A stretch of DNA of 64,000 bases from Paludibacteraceae bacterium (GTDB lineage: Bacteria; Bacteroidota; Bacteroidia; Bacteroidales; Paludibacteraceae). The DNA lies in assembly GCA_017394705.1 (NCBI GenBank), contig JAFPXH010000007.1, positions 2,973-66,972 on the forward strand, written 5' to 3'. A program made the position numbers and the translations under genes. Below, piece by piece: positions 1-12,386 of this stretch. Every line of letters starts with the position of its first letter. Positions within the stretch are counted from its first letter, which is position 1. The notes under the pieces are model-generated. The model saw nothing but the letters and a program-made list of their open reading frames with translations, was not told the DNA's origin and did no database searches.

Positions 1-1335
1 ACAACGGAACATCGTCACGTCCCCCGACTCGTATGTATAAGAATCCCGTTCGTCCGAATTGATGTTAAACGCAGCCACGCCTTTAATTTGCGGGAATAAC
101 GTAGCATTGACCAGCGCGTGATCCAGATAGCCCGCCAAACCGGCGAATTGGTAACTGTAACTGCTGTCTGCGTGGAACGCACGATGCAGGTCAATCATAC
201 CGTTTCCGATCATTCGCGTGATAGGATCCTCTTTCGCATATGCATTCAAGTCACCCATAATCAGGATATCTTTGTCTTTGATGGCCTTGTTGCTGTAATA
301 GCCTTTGTACAGATCGATAACGGCTTGTGCTTCTTTGGTACGCGCAGCGTTGAAAAGACCCTGACCGTCATGCTGGTCGGCATCTGCACCCGATGCGCTG
401 CCTCGTTTCGCTTTGAAATGGTTTACGGAGAAAATAAACCGCTCGCCCGTCGCTATCTCTTCAAAACAAATCATCCTGTGGCGGTTAGCAGGAATGGAAG
501 CTCCCGCCACACTCGTTTCCTGCAGGACACCGATAGGTTTCAGTTTCTTGGCGTCATAAACAAAGGCCGCTGTGGTATAAGTACCGTTGACGATAGACTT
601 GTCGTTGATATAGGTGTATTCATGTTTTTTGTCGGGGTCGGAAATAGTACGGTTGACATACAAGTTCAAGTCCGCCGCTATCTCTGCTACTGCTCCCTGC
701 CCTTGCTGAATCTCCACAAAGCCATACAAGTCTGCACCTATCTGAGCTAAGGCTTTGCTGACTTTGATGCGTTGGGTTGTGTGCTCGGCGGCATCCTCCG
801 GACCTTGACCGCTACCGGGTCTAAAATCCGTAGTCAGGTAGTACTCCAGGTTCATCGTACATACCAACAGACAGTCATCGCAACCATCGACATTCACCAT
901 TTTGCGTATGTTCGCGTTCTCCATGTCGCTCCGCGAATTACCTTTCCATGAACCGCTAACCCATGTCAGCCGGTTCTTGCTGTTCACACGCGCCTTGAGA
1001 TTGTAAATCTTCTCTCCACAACGATGATAACCGCTGATATCGCTCAACTCGATGGCACCCGAGTTATTCAGACGCAGAACGGAATTATAAGCGGCCGTGT
1101 CGCGAGGATAGGCCTGGTTGGTAGGCGTGAAAAGACGACGAGGACCGACAATATAAGTGGAATAGGACGCATTCGAACTGACCACCAAAGGTGAGTCGAA
1201 GATGACCGTTTGGCCGATATACGGAATTAACGCATCGGATGACCATGTCTCGGGATCGTCTATCCGGATATGAACCTGCGCTATGCTGTAACCGGCGAAA
1301 AGAAGCGCTACCAAAAGGGAGAAACGAGTTTTCAT
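1..1335 (-). CDS. Secreted endonuclease/exonuclease/phosphatase (EEP)-fold nuclease; C-terminus runs off the left window edge
   Basis: Own minus-strand translation: ATG at 1335, signal peptide MKTRFSLLVALLFAGYSIAQ, frame open for all 445 codons to nt 1 (absent from the ORF track because there is no stop in the window). EEP-like motifs NHFKAKRG, ILIMGDLN, LDHALVN. Confidence 0.7.
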   Translation of the reverse strand, partial: MKTRFSLLVALLFAGYSIAQVHIRIDDPETWSSDALIPYIGQTVIFDSPLVVSSNASYSTYIVGPRRLFTPTNQAYPRDTAAYNSVLRLNNSGAIELSDISGYHRCGEKIYNLKARVNSKNRLTWVSGSWKGNSRSDMENANIRKMVNVDGCDDCLLVCTMNLEYYLTTDFRPGSGQGPEDAAEHTTQRIKVSKALAQIGADLYGFVEIQQGQGAVAEIAADLNLYVNRTISDPDKKHEYTYINDKSIVNGTYTTAAFVYDAKKLKPIGVLQETSVAGASIPANRHRMICFEEIATGERFIFSVNHFKAKRGSASGADADQHDGQGLFNAARTKEAQAVIDLYKGYYSNKAIKDKDILIMGDLNAYAKEDPITRMIGNGMIDLHRAFHADSSYSYQFAGLAGYLDHALVNATLFPQIKGVAAFNINSDERDSYTYESGDVTMFRC

Positions 1336-1376
1336 GTATCGTAATTTAATAAATCGGCTACAAAAGTACATAAAAA

Positions 1377-1408
1377 TTTGCATATATGCAAGTTTTTTCA
1401 TAACTTTG
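1377..1408 (+). promoter_or_regulatory. Bacteroidota-type promoter (-33 TTTG / -7 TAACTTTG)
   Basis: TTTGCA at 1377 and TAACTTTG at 1401, 20-nt spacer, 22 nt upstream of the ATG at 1430. Confidence 0.6.
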
Positions 1409-1429
1409 CACCGATTTTTGGTGAATATT

Positions 1430-1732
1430 ATGACATTTTCCGAATTCTGGACACATATTCAGGTACGCAAATGGGGCAAGTATGTTGTGACTGTTCTGCT
1501 CTTTTTGGCCGTGTTCCTTTTTATTGGAGACCAAAGTGCCATCCATTTCTTCAAGCGCGGACGCGAGATACGCCAGTTGGAGGAGCAGCGTGATATGTAT
1601 AGGGCAGCTACGGAAAATGCGCAACGCGAGATACTCCTGCTGCATAACACGGATAGCCTCGAGCGCTACGCACGCGAACATTATTTTATGCATACGCCGA
1701 ATGAGGATATCTACCTCGTCGAAGAAAAATGA
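1430..1732 (+). CDS. FtsB/DivIC-like septum formation initiator (single TM plus coiled coil)
   Basis: Internal ATG of ORF 1334..1732, chosen because the promoter lies at 1377..1408. N-terminal TM VVTVLLFLAVFLFIG, then a coiled coil and the ERYAREHYFM motif typical of this family. Confidence 0.65.
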   Translation: MTFSEFWTHIQVRKWGKYVVTVLLFLAVFLFIGDQSAIHFFKRGREIRQLEEQRDMYRAATENAQREILLLHNTDSLERYAREHYFMHTPNEDIYLVEEK

Positions 1733-1893
1733 GAAAATCTACCATTATATTAATCATCGGCCTCGTCATTTTGGCTGTAGGAGCAGGGTTGAGTATCGCT
1801 AAGATTGAACCCTGGGCGGATTATGTGCTTATTGCCGGAGCGGTAGTAGTGATTATCCGCGGTTTTTTTCGCAACCACGAGAAAGACGAATAA
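1729..1893 (+). CDS. Small membrane protein (54 aa)
   Basis: ATGA start/stop overlap with the upstream gene. MRKSTIILIIGLVILAVGAG..., two hydrophobic segments. Below the ORF-track size cutoff. Confidence 0.4.
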   Translation: MRKSTIILIIGLVILAVGAGLSIAKIEPWADYVLIAGAVVVIIRGFFRNHEKDE

Positions 1894-1945
1894 CCGTTTA
1901 ACGTCGCGATAGCGACCATTTTAACTATTTAACTATTTAACGTTT

Positions 1946-2578
1946 ATGCGCGACGAAGTGCGTCATGAACATATCATTTTAGGTGTTGACCCGGGTACAC
2001 TTTTTATGGGCTTCGCGGTACTGAAAACCGTGGGTCAACAGGTTGATATTCTGGAGTTTGGCGCGTATGATGTGCATAAACTCGAAGGCCAGTATCCGCG
2101 CTTGCAAAAGGAGTTCTTTTTCCTCCAGGAAATCATCGATAAATACCATCCTTCATGCCTGGCAATCGAGACACAGTTCGTGGATAAAAATCCGCAGACG
2201 ATGATCAAGATTGTGCACGCACAAGGAGTAGCTATCGCCGCGGCTCTCAGCAAAGATGTACCTATCTATGAGTACTCGCCCATGAAAATCAAAATGGCGA
2301 TTACCGGCAACGGACATTCTTCCAAAGAGCAAGTGGCGGGTATGCTCCAGCGATTCATGCATATCCCGGATGAGCAGATGCCTAAAAAACTCGATGCTAC
2401 AGATGCACTCGCTATCGCCTATTGCCATTTCCTGCAACTCGGTTTGCCTGTCTCCGAAGGCGGCGCAAAAGATTGGACCACCTACGCTAAACGTAAAGGG
2501 TTGACAGACAAAGGATTAACGGGACCAAACGCACAACTCCTTGCGGCTCTCGCGAGTGCTAAAAAGAGAAAAAAGTGA
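1946..2578 (+). CDS. ruvC: Crossover junction endodeoxyribonuclease RuvC
   Basis: ILGVDPGTLFMGFAV, LAIETQFV, HAQGV and DATDALAIAYCH motifs in RuvC order. Confidence 0.92.
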   Translation: MRDEVRHEHIILGVDPGTLFMGFAVLKTVGQQVDILEFGAYDVHKLEGQYPRLQKEFFFLQEIIDKYHPSCLAIETQFVDKNPQTMIKIVHAQGVAIAAALSKDVPIYEYSPMKIKMAITGNGHSSKEQVAGMLQRFMHIPDEQMPKKLDATDALAIAYCHFLQLGLPVSEGGAKDWTTYAKRKGLTDKGLTGPNAQLLAALASAKKRKK

Positions 2579-2596
2579 GATTTTTTATCCCTAAAA

Positions 2597-2628
2597 TTTG
2601 GTAGTCTCAGTTTTTTGTTGTACCTTTG
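2597..2628 (+). promoter_or_regulatory. Bacteroidota-type promoter for the ferredoxin gene
   Basis: TTTG at 2597 and TACCTTTG at 2621, 20-nt spacer. Confidence 0.6.
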
Positions 2629-2731
2629 CACTCGGAAATGGTCAAATGGCCAGATAAATGACCCATACGGCGAAGCAGATCGTTCGACCGCAGGGAGATT
2701 AGAAATGGTAAATGAATAAATAAATAACGTT

Positions 2732-2896
2732 ATGGCTTACAAGATTTCAACCGATTGTATCGCTTGCGGTACGTGTATTGACGAATGTCCGATGGGTGCT
2801 ATCTCTGAGGGCGAGCACTATTCGATTGACCCGGACGTTTGTACCGAGTGCGGTACATGTGCTGATGTGTGCCCCAGTGGAGCTATCAGCCTCTAA
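2732..2896 (+). CDS. 2x[4Fe-4S] ferredoxin (54 aa)
   Basis: MAYKISTDCIACGTCIDECP ... CTECGTCADVCP, two CxxCxxCxxxCP motifs. Below the ORF-track cutoff. Confidence 0.9.
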   Translation: MAYKISTDCIACGTCIDECPMGAISEGEHYSIDPDVCTECGTCADVCPSGAISL

Positions 2897-2930
2897 AAAG
2901 TGCATTTTTTATCAAAAAATGTGTAATTTT

Positions 2931-2963
2931 GAGGGACTACAACGCGTAGTCCCTCATTTTTTT
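2931..2963 (+). terminator. Rho-independent terminator
   Basis: GAGGGACTAC-aacgc-GTAGTCCCTC (10-bp stem) followed by a T-run. Confidence 0.75.
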
Positions 2964-3032
2964 GCAAAAAATGCTATCTATGTGTTGCAAATATGATTTT
3001 TTTTTTGTAATTTTGCGGCGTAATTGCAAAAA

Positions 3033-4304
3033 ATGGCTGAATTTGACTTAAAAACACATACGAAAATGACCATGTTGGACACTTTTTTTAGAATCCATGA
3101 TTTCCTCGTAAAGCATTCTTCAATGCCTATCCGTAGGAAACTGATGGACGAAATCGACTGGAATGACCGCCTTATCGCTATCAAGGGTGGTCGCGGAGTC
3201 GGCAAAACCGATTTCTTGCTCTCCCGAGCGAGGGAGATTGAGCAGGAGTGGAGTAACAGGCCTGATGAAATACCGGAGGGACGCAAACGCAAACCCTACA
3301 AACAGATTAGACCATGTCTGTTCGTCAGCCTCAATGATTTCTTCTTCACCAAGCATTCTATCGTCGAGGTCGCAAGTAAGTTCGCCAAGTCCGGTGGTAA
3401 ATACCTGTTCTTGGATCAAATCTTCAAGTATCCTCACTGGTCAAGGGAACTCAAGAGGTGTTATTACAAGTTCCCGGAGCTGCATATCATCTTCTGCGCC
3501 ACGCCGGTCATGCCGATTGATGAGGATAATAACGACCTGGTGGACATCGTGAAGACGTATAACCTCCGCGGGTTCTCGTTCCGGGAATATCTCAACCTGC
3601 AAACCGGATTGCGCTTGCAGTCTTATACGCTGGAGGAAATCATACAGCATCATGGCTCCATCTCGCGCGAGATATGCGAACGCGTACGACCCTTGGAGTA
3701 TTTCAAGGCATATATGGATCATGGCTATTACCCCTCTTACCTCGAGAGTAAGAGTTTTGAAGCCGAGCTGCTCAAGACGATGAATACCCAATTGGAGGTC
3801 GATGTGCTGATGATTAAGCAGATTGATGTCGCTTGCCTCCATAAGTTGCGCAAACTGCTGTATATCCTTATGAGGGAAGCGCCGTGCGCACTCAACATAA
3901 GCAGCATCTCGGAGGAGATTGGACTTAGTAGAGCCACCACAATGAACTATATCAAATATCTCAAGGATTCGCGACTCATCAACTTGCTGTATCCCGAGGA
4001 TAAGAATTTCCCGATGAAGCCGACCAAGGTATATATGCATAATACCAATTTGGCCAAAATGACTTTCACACGAGATATTGCCCCCTTGGATATGTATGAG
4101 ACCTGCTTCTATACATTCATTCATGGCGGACATAAAGTGAATGCCACCGAGCGCAGCGCGATGTTCATCGTTGACAATCAGTACTATTTCGATGTACGGG
4201 AGAAACCGTCTTCACGAGATACGATCCGTCCAACGGCTGTCGGAGAACTCGAGACCGGAAGAGGAAACATGATTCCGCTCTGGCTACTGGGCTTCCTCTA
4301 CTAA
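3033..4304 (+). CDS. AAA-type ATPase (COG1373-like ATP-binding protein)
   Basis: Walker A GGRGVGKT. First ATG of ORF 3024..4304 (the track start is TTG). Paralogous in architecture and upstream sequence (cgtaattgcaaa) to 8773..10185. Confidence 0.7.
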   Translation: MAEFDLKTHTKMTMLDTFFRIHDFLVKHSSMPIRRKLMDEIDWNDRLIAIKGGRGVGKTDFLLSRAREIEQEWSNRPDEIPEGRKRKPYKQIRPCLFVSLNDFFFTKHSIVEVASKFAKSGGKYLFLDQIFKYPHWSRELKRCYYKFPELHIIFCATPVMPIDEDNNDLVDIVKTYNLRGFSFREYLNLQTGLRLQSYTLEEIIQHHGSISREICERVRPLEYFKAYMDHGYYPSYLESKSFEAELLKTMNTQLEVDVLMIKQIDVACLHKLRKLLYILMREAPCALNISSISEEIGLSRATTMNYIKYLKDSRLINLLYPEDKNFPMKPTKVYMHNTNLAKMTFTRDIAPLDMYETCFYTFIHGGHKVNATERSAMFIVDNQYYFDVREKPSSRDTIRPTAVGELETGRGNMIPLWLLGFLY

Positions 4305-4305
4305 A

Positions 4306-4367
4306 GTCCTACAGCGCTAGCGGTCCTACAGTGAAACGGTCCTACAGGCCGAAGGCCGGTCTTACAA
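4306..4367. repeat. Four spaced copies of GGTCCTACAG in the nifJ leader
   Basis: gtcctacag at 4306, ggtcctacag at 4322 and 4338, ggtcttacaa at 4358. Confidence 0.8.
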
Positions 4368-4416
4368 TGAGTGAAACGAATGATCAAAAATATAAACAAC
4401 GTTTAAATTTTTATTT

Positions 4417-7977
<3,561 letters not shown>

Positions 7978-8033
7978 CCGGGTCGCACCCGGAGGCGAAA
8001 AGCCATTCGGATGCAAAGACTCCTTAAATAAAA

Positions 8034-8071
8034 GAAAGCGCGCACGCATATACGTGCGCGTTTCTTTTTTT
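8034..8071 (+). terminator. Rho-independent terminator after nifJ
   Basis: gaaagCGCGCACG-catata-CGTGCGCGtttc followed by a T-run. Confidence 0.75.
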
Positions 8072-8090
8072 ATATTTATTTTTATATTTA

Positions 8091-8122
8091 TTTGCATATC
8101 TCAAGAAAAAGCAGTATCTTTG
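8091..8122 (+). promoter_or_regulatory. Bacteroidota-type promoter
   Basis: TTTGCA at 8091 and TATCTTTG at 8115, 20-nt spacer. Confidence 0.6.
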
Positions 8123-8143
8123 CATCGAATTTGCATAGTTTCC

Positions 8144-8176
8144 CGACGGTCAACCGACGGTGAACCGACAGTCAAT
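8144..8176. repeat. Tandem 11-mers (CGACGGTSAAC x3) in a 5' leader
   Basis: cgacggtcaac cgacggtgaac cgacagtcaat. Confidence 0.85.
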
Positions 8177-8219
8177 TATTACATCTTTTTAACATATAAA
8201 TCATAAACACCCTCTTTTT

Positions 8220-8567
8220 ATGTCAGAAATTATCACCTCCTCCGGGATTGACATTATCCGCGGAAAGTTCAAAAAGTCCGATGCCGGTTACTTCTACATC
8301 CGCAATGGCAAGCAGTTCTATCGCGACCGTGTGGAAGACTACCAGAAGAACCAGTCCCCGCGTCAAAAATGGAATTCTGCGGCCTTCAAGTATGCGCATG
8401 GGCAATTACGCCTGCTCATGTCCGATCCGGCCTCTCTGACGCAATTAAAGGCTGAATACGAGGCCGCCAACCATATCGCCTCTAACGGCAAGTCTTATAC
8501 CACCCTCCGAGCATGGAAATTCAACTCTCTCTTGCACGATTATAAACAATTCCATCCGTTTGAATAA
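8220..8567 (+). CDS. Hypothetical protein (115 aa)
   Basis: ATG-initiated ORF downstream of the 8091..8122 promoter. No motif recognised. Confidence 0.5.
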   Translation: MSEIITSSGIDIIRGKFKKSDAGYFYIRNGKQFYRDRVEDYQKNQSPRQKWNSAAFKYAHGQLRLLMSDPASLTQLKAEYEAANHIASNGKSYTTLRAWKFNSLLHDYKQFHPFE

Positions 8568-8631
8568 ATCGCCTTTTTTGATTATCTAAACACTAAACTT
8601 TAAACTTTAAACAAAAAATCTCTGATTTTTC

Positions 8632-8662
8632 TTGCATATATGCGGATTTTTGTGTATCTTTG
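8632..8662 (+). promoter_or_regulatory. Bacteroidota-type promoter
   Basis: cTTGCA at 8631 and TATCTTTG at 8655, 20-nt spacer. Confidence 0.55.
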
Positions 8663-8772
8663 CAGCGGTTTTCGTTGGAAAAATGTATCACTTAATGCAA
8701 AAACTCGTTTGAAAAATGTGACGATTTGCGCAAAAAGTCGCTTGAAAAACGTAATTGCAAACAGATTATACT

Positions 8773-10185
8773 ATGTATAAACGGAAGATTGAAGACTGTC
8801 TTTTGCAATGGAAAGAGAATCCAAAGCACAAACCCATCGTTATTAAGGGCGTCCGTCAGTGCGGCAAGACCAGTAGCGTGAAGGCTTTTGCCCAAGCGCA
8901 TTATGATCATGTCGTATATTTGGATTTCCGCGAGCATAGGGAATATAAACATTTCTTTCATCCCAGTTTGGATGTTGACGAGATTATTATGCGCATCTCG
9001 GCAACTTTGCCGTCGTTGGTTATTGAGCCGCATAAGACCTGCTTTGTTTTTGACGAGATACAAGATTGTCCCATGGCCCGTGCGTCTCTTAAATATTTCT
9101 ATCTGGACGGACGGTATGACGTGCTATGCACCGGGTCTTTGTTGGGTGTGAATGGTTACAAGACTCAAGAGGAACAAAAGGAGGAAAACGAGGCGTCTAT
9201 TCCTGTCGGCTTTGAGCATATTGTCGATATGTACCCTATGGATTTTGAGGAATGGCTATGGGCGAACGGCATCCGCGAAGAGCATATTGCCCTTTTGCGC
9301 AAGCATTTCCAAGAGGAGACTCCCGTTGACGAAGCTATTCATCTGAGAATGCGCGAGTTGCTGTTGCAATATGTGTTTGTAGGCGGAATGCCGGAAGCGG
9401 TAAGTACTTTCTTGACAACCAGACAAGTAGGTCCGCTGTTGGAGGTACAACGTCAGATTATTGACAGCTATAAAGCCGATATGATTAAATATGCGCGGAC
9501 CGAGGATAAATCGCGGATCCGTGAATGCTTTGAGTCCATTCCCCGGCAGCTGGCAAAGGAGAATAAGAAATTCACCTATTCTGCTGTACGTCCCAACGGC
9601 CGAGGCAAAGATTATGCCGGTAGTCTGCAATGGATAGAGGACGCCGGTATCATCCGTCGTTGTTACAATACGGAAATAACCGAACTGCCTTTGGAAGGCA
9701 ATGCCATACAAGACCAGTTTAAGGTGTATATGGCGGATACAGGTTTGTTTGTCAGCATGTTGGAAGATGGTACTGCTTCAAGTATTATTCAAGGTCAGTT
9801 AGGTGCATATAAAGGCGCTATCTATGAGAACCTGATGGCAGATATATTGGGAAAGATGGGGCGTAAACTCTATTATTACCATAAAGATAGCGGACTGGAG
9901 ATTGATTTCCTGATACGCCATCAAGGCGAATGCGTGTTGTTGGAGTGCAAGGCCAGAAGCGGCAATGCCAAGTCCCTGCAAACCGTACTCAAACATCCCG
10001 AGAAATATCATGTGTACCATGCCATCAAATGTGGTGATTACAACGTAGGGCGCAACGAAGCCTTGTTGACCATACCGCTATATATGGCATTCCTTCTGAA
10101 CCTTGCCCCGGAGGACTTAGTATTGGAGCCGATAGACACAGACAAACTCACACAACTGGCCAAGCAAGCCCTCACCGACCGATGA
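8773..10185 (+). CDS. AAA-type ATPase (COG1373-like, DUF4143-type C-terminus)
   Basis: Walker A GVRQCGKTS, Walker B CFVFDEIQ. First ATG of ORF 8755..10185 (the track start is TTG). Confidence 0.75.
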   Translation: MYKRKIEDCLLQWKENPKHKPIVIKGVRQCGKTSSVKAFAQAHYDHVVYLDFREHREYKHFFHPSLDVDEIIMRISATLPSLVIEPHKTCFVFDEIQDCPMARASLKYFYLDGRYDVLCTGSLLGVNGYKTQEEQKEENEASIPVGFEHIVDMYPMDFEEWLWANGIREEHIALLRKHFQEETPVDEAIHLRMRELLLQYVFVGGMPEAVSTFLTTRQVGPLLEVQRQIIDSYKADMIKYARTEDKSRIRECFESIPRQLAKENKKFTYSAVRPNGRGKDYAGSLQWIEDAGIIRRCYNTEITELPLEGNAIQDQFKVYMADTGLFVSMLEDGTASSIIQGQLGAYKGAIYENLMADILGKMGRKLYYYHKDSGLEIDFLIRHQGECVLLECKARSGNAKSLQTVLKHPEKYHVYHAIKCGDYNVGRNEALLTIPLYMAFLLNLAPEDLVLEPIDTDKLTQLAKQALTDR

Positions 10186-10362
10186 CCGAGCGATGAGCGG
10201 GCAAAAGAAAAAATTAAAATCATTGGATATATACTATATATAAGGTAAGGTAGGATACGTGATTACCCCGTTCCGCATAGGTAAATACCCTGTAACGCCA
10301 CTAACACGGCATCAAAACCAAGCAGAAGAAAACTAAGTTGCAATGCAAGGGAGAATACAAAA

Positions 10363-11190
10363 ATGGCAGTAAATAGGCGAATATCGAATGAAGTAATGCG
10401 CTTGTTATATGCGCATTCAGGAAACAGATGCGCGTTCCCGGGTTGTCATGCTCCCATCTTTGAGGAAGATGGTCTGCTGACAGCTGAATGCTGTCATATT
10501 AAAGCATTTAGTCCCGGTGGACCGAGATATGATGCCACGCAAACGGATGCAGAACGAAATGGGGTTGAAAATCTAATACTGCTATGCAGTCGTCATCATA
10601 GGATAGTTGATGCAGATGTGCAAACATATACTGTTGAAATGCTGCAAAAGTACAAACTGGAACATGAATTGCAATATAATGCAGAGATGCTTAAGTTGAC
10701 AGATGAACAATTGCGGTATTTACTGATGAGTAGTGAAAGTTTTTGGAAACGAATAGAAGAAATAGACTATGCCGATGTACCAGGGGCAGATTTTAAGATG
10801 CGGGTGGAAAATCAAAAATCAATAGAAGAATTAATAGAAGCATTAGAAGATTGTATAAATAACATTGACGATATATTAAGTGGTATTATATCTGCAGATA
10901 ATGAGTTGTTAGAGAATATACGCGATATAATTAGTGACTCGAAGATGGATTTAGATGAATTTAATAGATTGTTGGTAAGTCGAGGAAGTAGCGATTTAAT
11001 TCTACATAATTGGGAATACAACAATTTAGCAGCTCCAAATACTATGAATCAAGTGAAAATGCTGTATCTGCAATTGGTGGTAAAATTATTGGAATATATT
11101 TCTTACTTGACAAGTACAGAGCATCCAATGTTAAATAAGTACCGCGAGAAACTCGCAAATCATCAGGAACACAACTACTATTATGATTAG
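10363..11190 (+). CDS. HNH nuclease domain protein with an acidic helical C-terminal domain
   Basis: N-terminal 100 aa: CAFPGC...CCHIKAF...NLILLCSRHHRIVD (Cys-rich HNH). The C-terminal 170 aa are D/E/N/I/L-rich and AT-rich. Confidence 0.65.
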   Translation: MAVNRRISNEVMRLLYAHSGNRCAFPGCHAPIFEEDGLLTAECCHIKAFSPGGPRYDATQTDAERNGVENLILLCSRHHRIVDADVQTYTVEMLQKYKLEHELQYNAEMLKLTDEQLRYLLMSSESFWKRIEEIDYADVPGADFKMRVENQKSIEELIEALEDCINNIDDILSGIISADNELLENIRDIISDSKMDLDEFNRLLVSRGSSDLILHNWEYNNLAAPNTMNQVKMLYLQLVVKLLEYISYLTSTEHPMLNKYREKLANHQEHNYYYD

Positions 11191-11244
11191 TATAGCAACA
11201 AAAAACTAAATAGAATAAAAGAAACTCTATAAAACCACAACGAT

Positions 11245-12318
11245 ATGAATGAGAAGAAGTATCTATCTTATTTGAAACAGTACCACCAATGGTTACAAAG
11301 CCATAAGGTAAAGGCGAAAGAAGATTTGGCAGAGCGAGAGAACCATGCCAAAGAGATGCGGAAATATGACAAGAACCGTCTTCTCAACATGTCTGCTGAG
11401 GATGTTTATGATTTGCTGTCTCCGCTGTGGGCTATGGCTATGTGGGGCAACAAACATTATAAAATAGACAATCTGATCGAGACCAACACCATTGAGCTGA
11501 TGCGTGCCCAGTTTGCCAATCTGCTTTATGGGAAAGATTCACTTGCCAAGCGTTGGGATGAGTTTCGCCAGAAAGTGAAGGGTATCGGACCTGCTATCAT
11601 GAGTGAAATTCTCAACAAAGCATTTCCGGATGAATGTATTCTTTGGAACAGCAAAACCAAAACAGGTTTCACTATTTTGGATGTGCCCAACACACCGAAA
11701 TATGACTCAGCAATGGATGGCAAAATGTATGCTTATCTGTCAGAGTGTGGCATGAAGATGCTGGAGTGTGCCAAGAACAACGGCTACCATGATTTGGAAA
11801 ACCTGATAGCGCTTGACTATTTCATCTGGCAGGAAGTTCAGAAAGACATAGACGAGCCGGAGCAGAAAGAAGTTGAAGTTCCGAAGAACAAGAAAGAATC
11901 CACTTTTGTACATAACGACATACGCGATAAAATCAAAGAGATCGGCGAGTGTCTTGGATTTAAGGCGACCACGGAAGTCTCTGTAGCTAATGGCGCCAGA
12001 GTGGATGCCGTATGGGAAGTTTCTATTGGCAACATGGGCAGAATTATTTATGTGTTTGAAGTGCAGACTTCCGGCTCAATAGACAGTTTGATTCTTAATC
12101 TGATGAAAGCCAAGAACAACAAGGCTGTGCAAGGTATCGTAGCCGTTTCTGATGCCGAACAGATTGAGAAGATACGAAAAGAGGTAGAGGCGCTTTCAGA
12201 TGTTAACAAAGACATCAAATATTGGGATTATACAGATGTTCTCGAAGTTCATGAGGCATTACAAAAGGCTAATGAGAGTATCAATAAGTTAGGGCTTGTT
12301 CCTGCAAGTATTAAATAA
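11245..12318 (+). CDS. Hypothetical protein with an HhH-like motif and a C-terminal PD-(D/E)xK-like nuclease fold
   Basis: VKGIGPAIMSEIL resembles a helix-hairpin-helix. C-terminal ARVDAVWEV...IIYVFEVQTSG resembles a D...E-x-K/Q restriction-endonuclease core. Confidence 0.5.
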   Translation: MNEKKYLSYLKQYHQWLQSHKVKAKEDLAERENHAKEMRKYDKNRLLNMSAEDVYDLLSPLWAMAMWGNKHYKIDNLIETNTIELMRAQFANLLYGKDSLAKRWDEFRQKVKGIGPAIMSEILNKAFPDECILWNSKTKTGFTILDVPNTPKYDSAMDGKMYAYLSECGMKMLECAKNNGYHDLENLIALDYFIWQEVQKDIDEPEQKEVEVPKNKKESTFVHNDIRDKIKEIGECLGFKATTEVSVANGARVDAVWEVSIGNMGRIIYVFEVQTSGSIDSLILNLMKAKNNKAVQGIVAVSDAEQIEKIRKEVEALSDVNKDIKYWDYTDVLEVHEALQKANESINKLGLVPASIK

Positions 12319-12386
12319 GTATGGAAGATATAGCCCAAAAGGAACGGGCAGGGGAAAGAAGGAGAGATTTAGCATAACATAATAAC

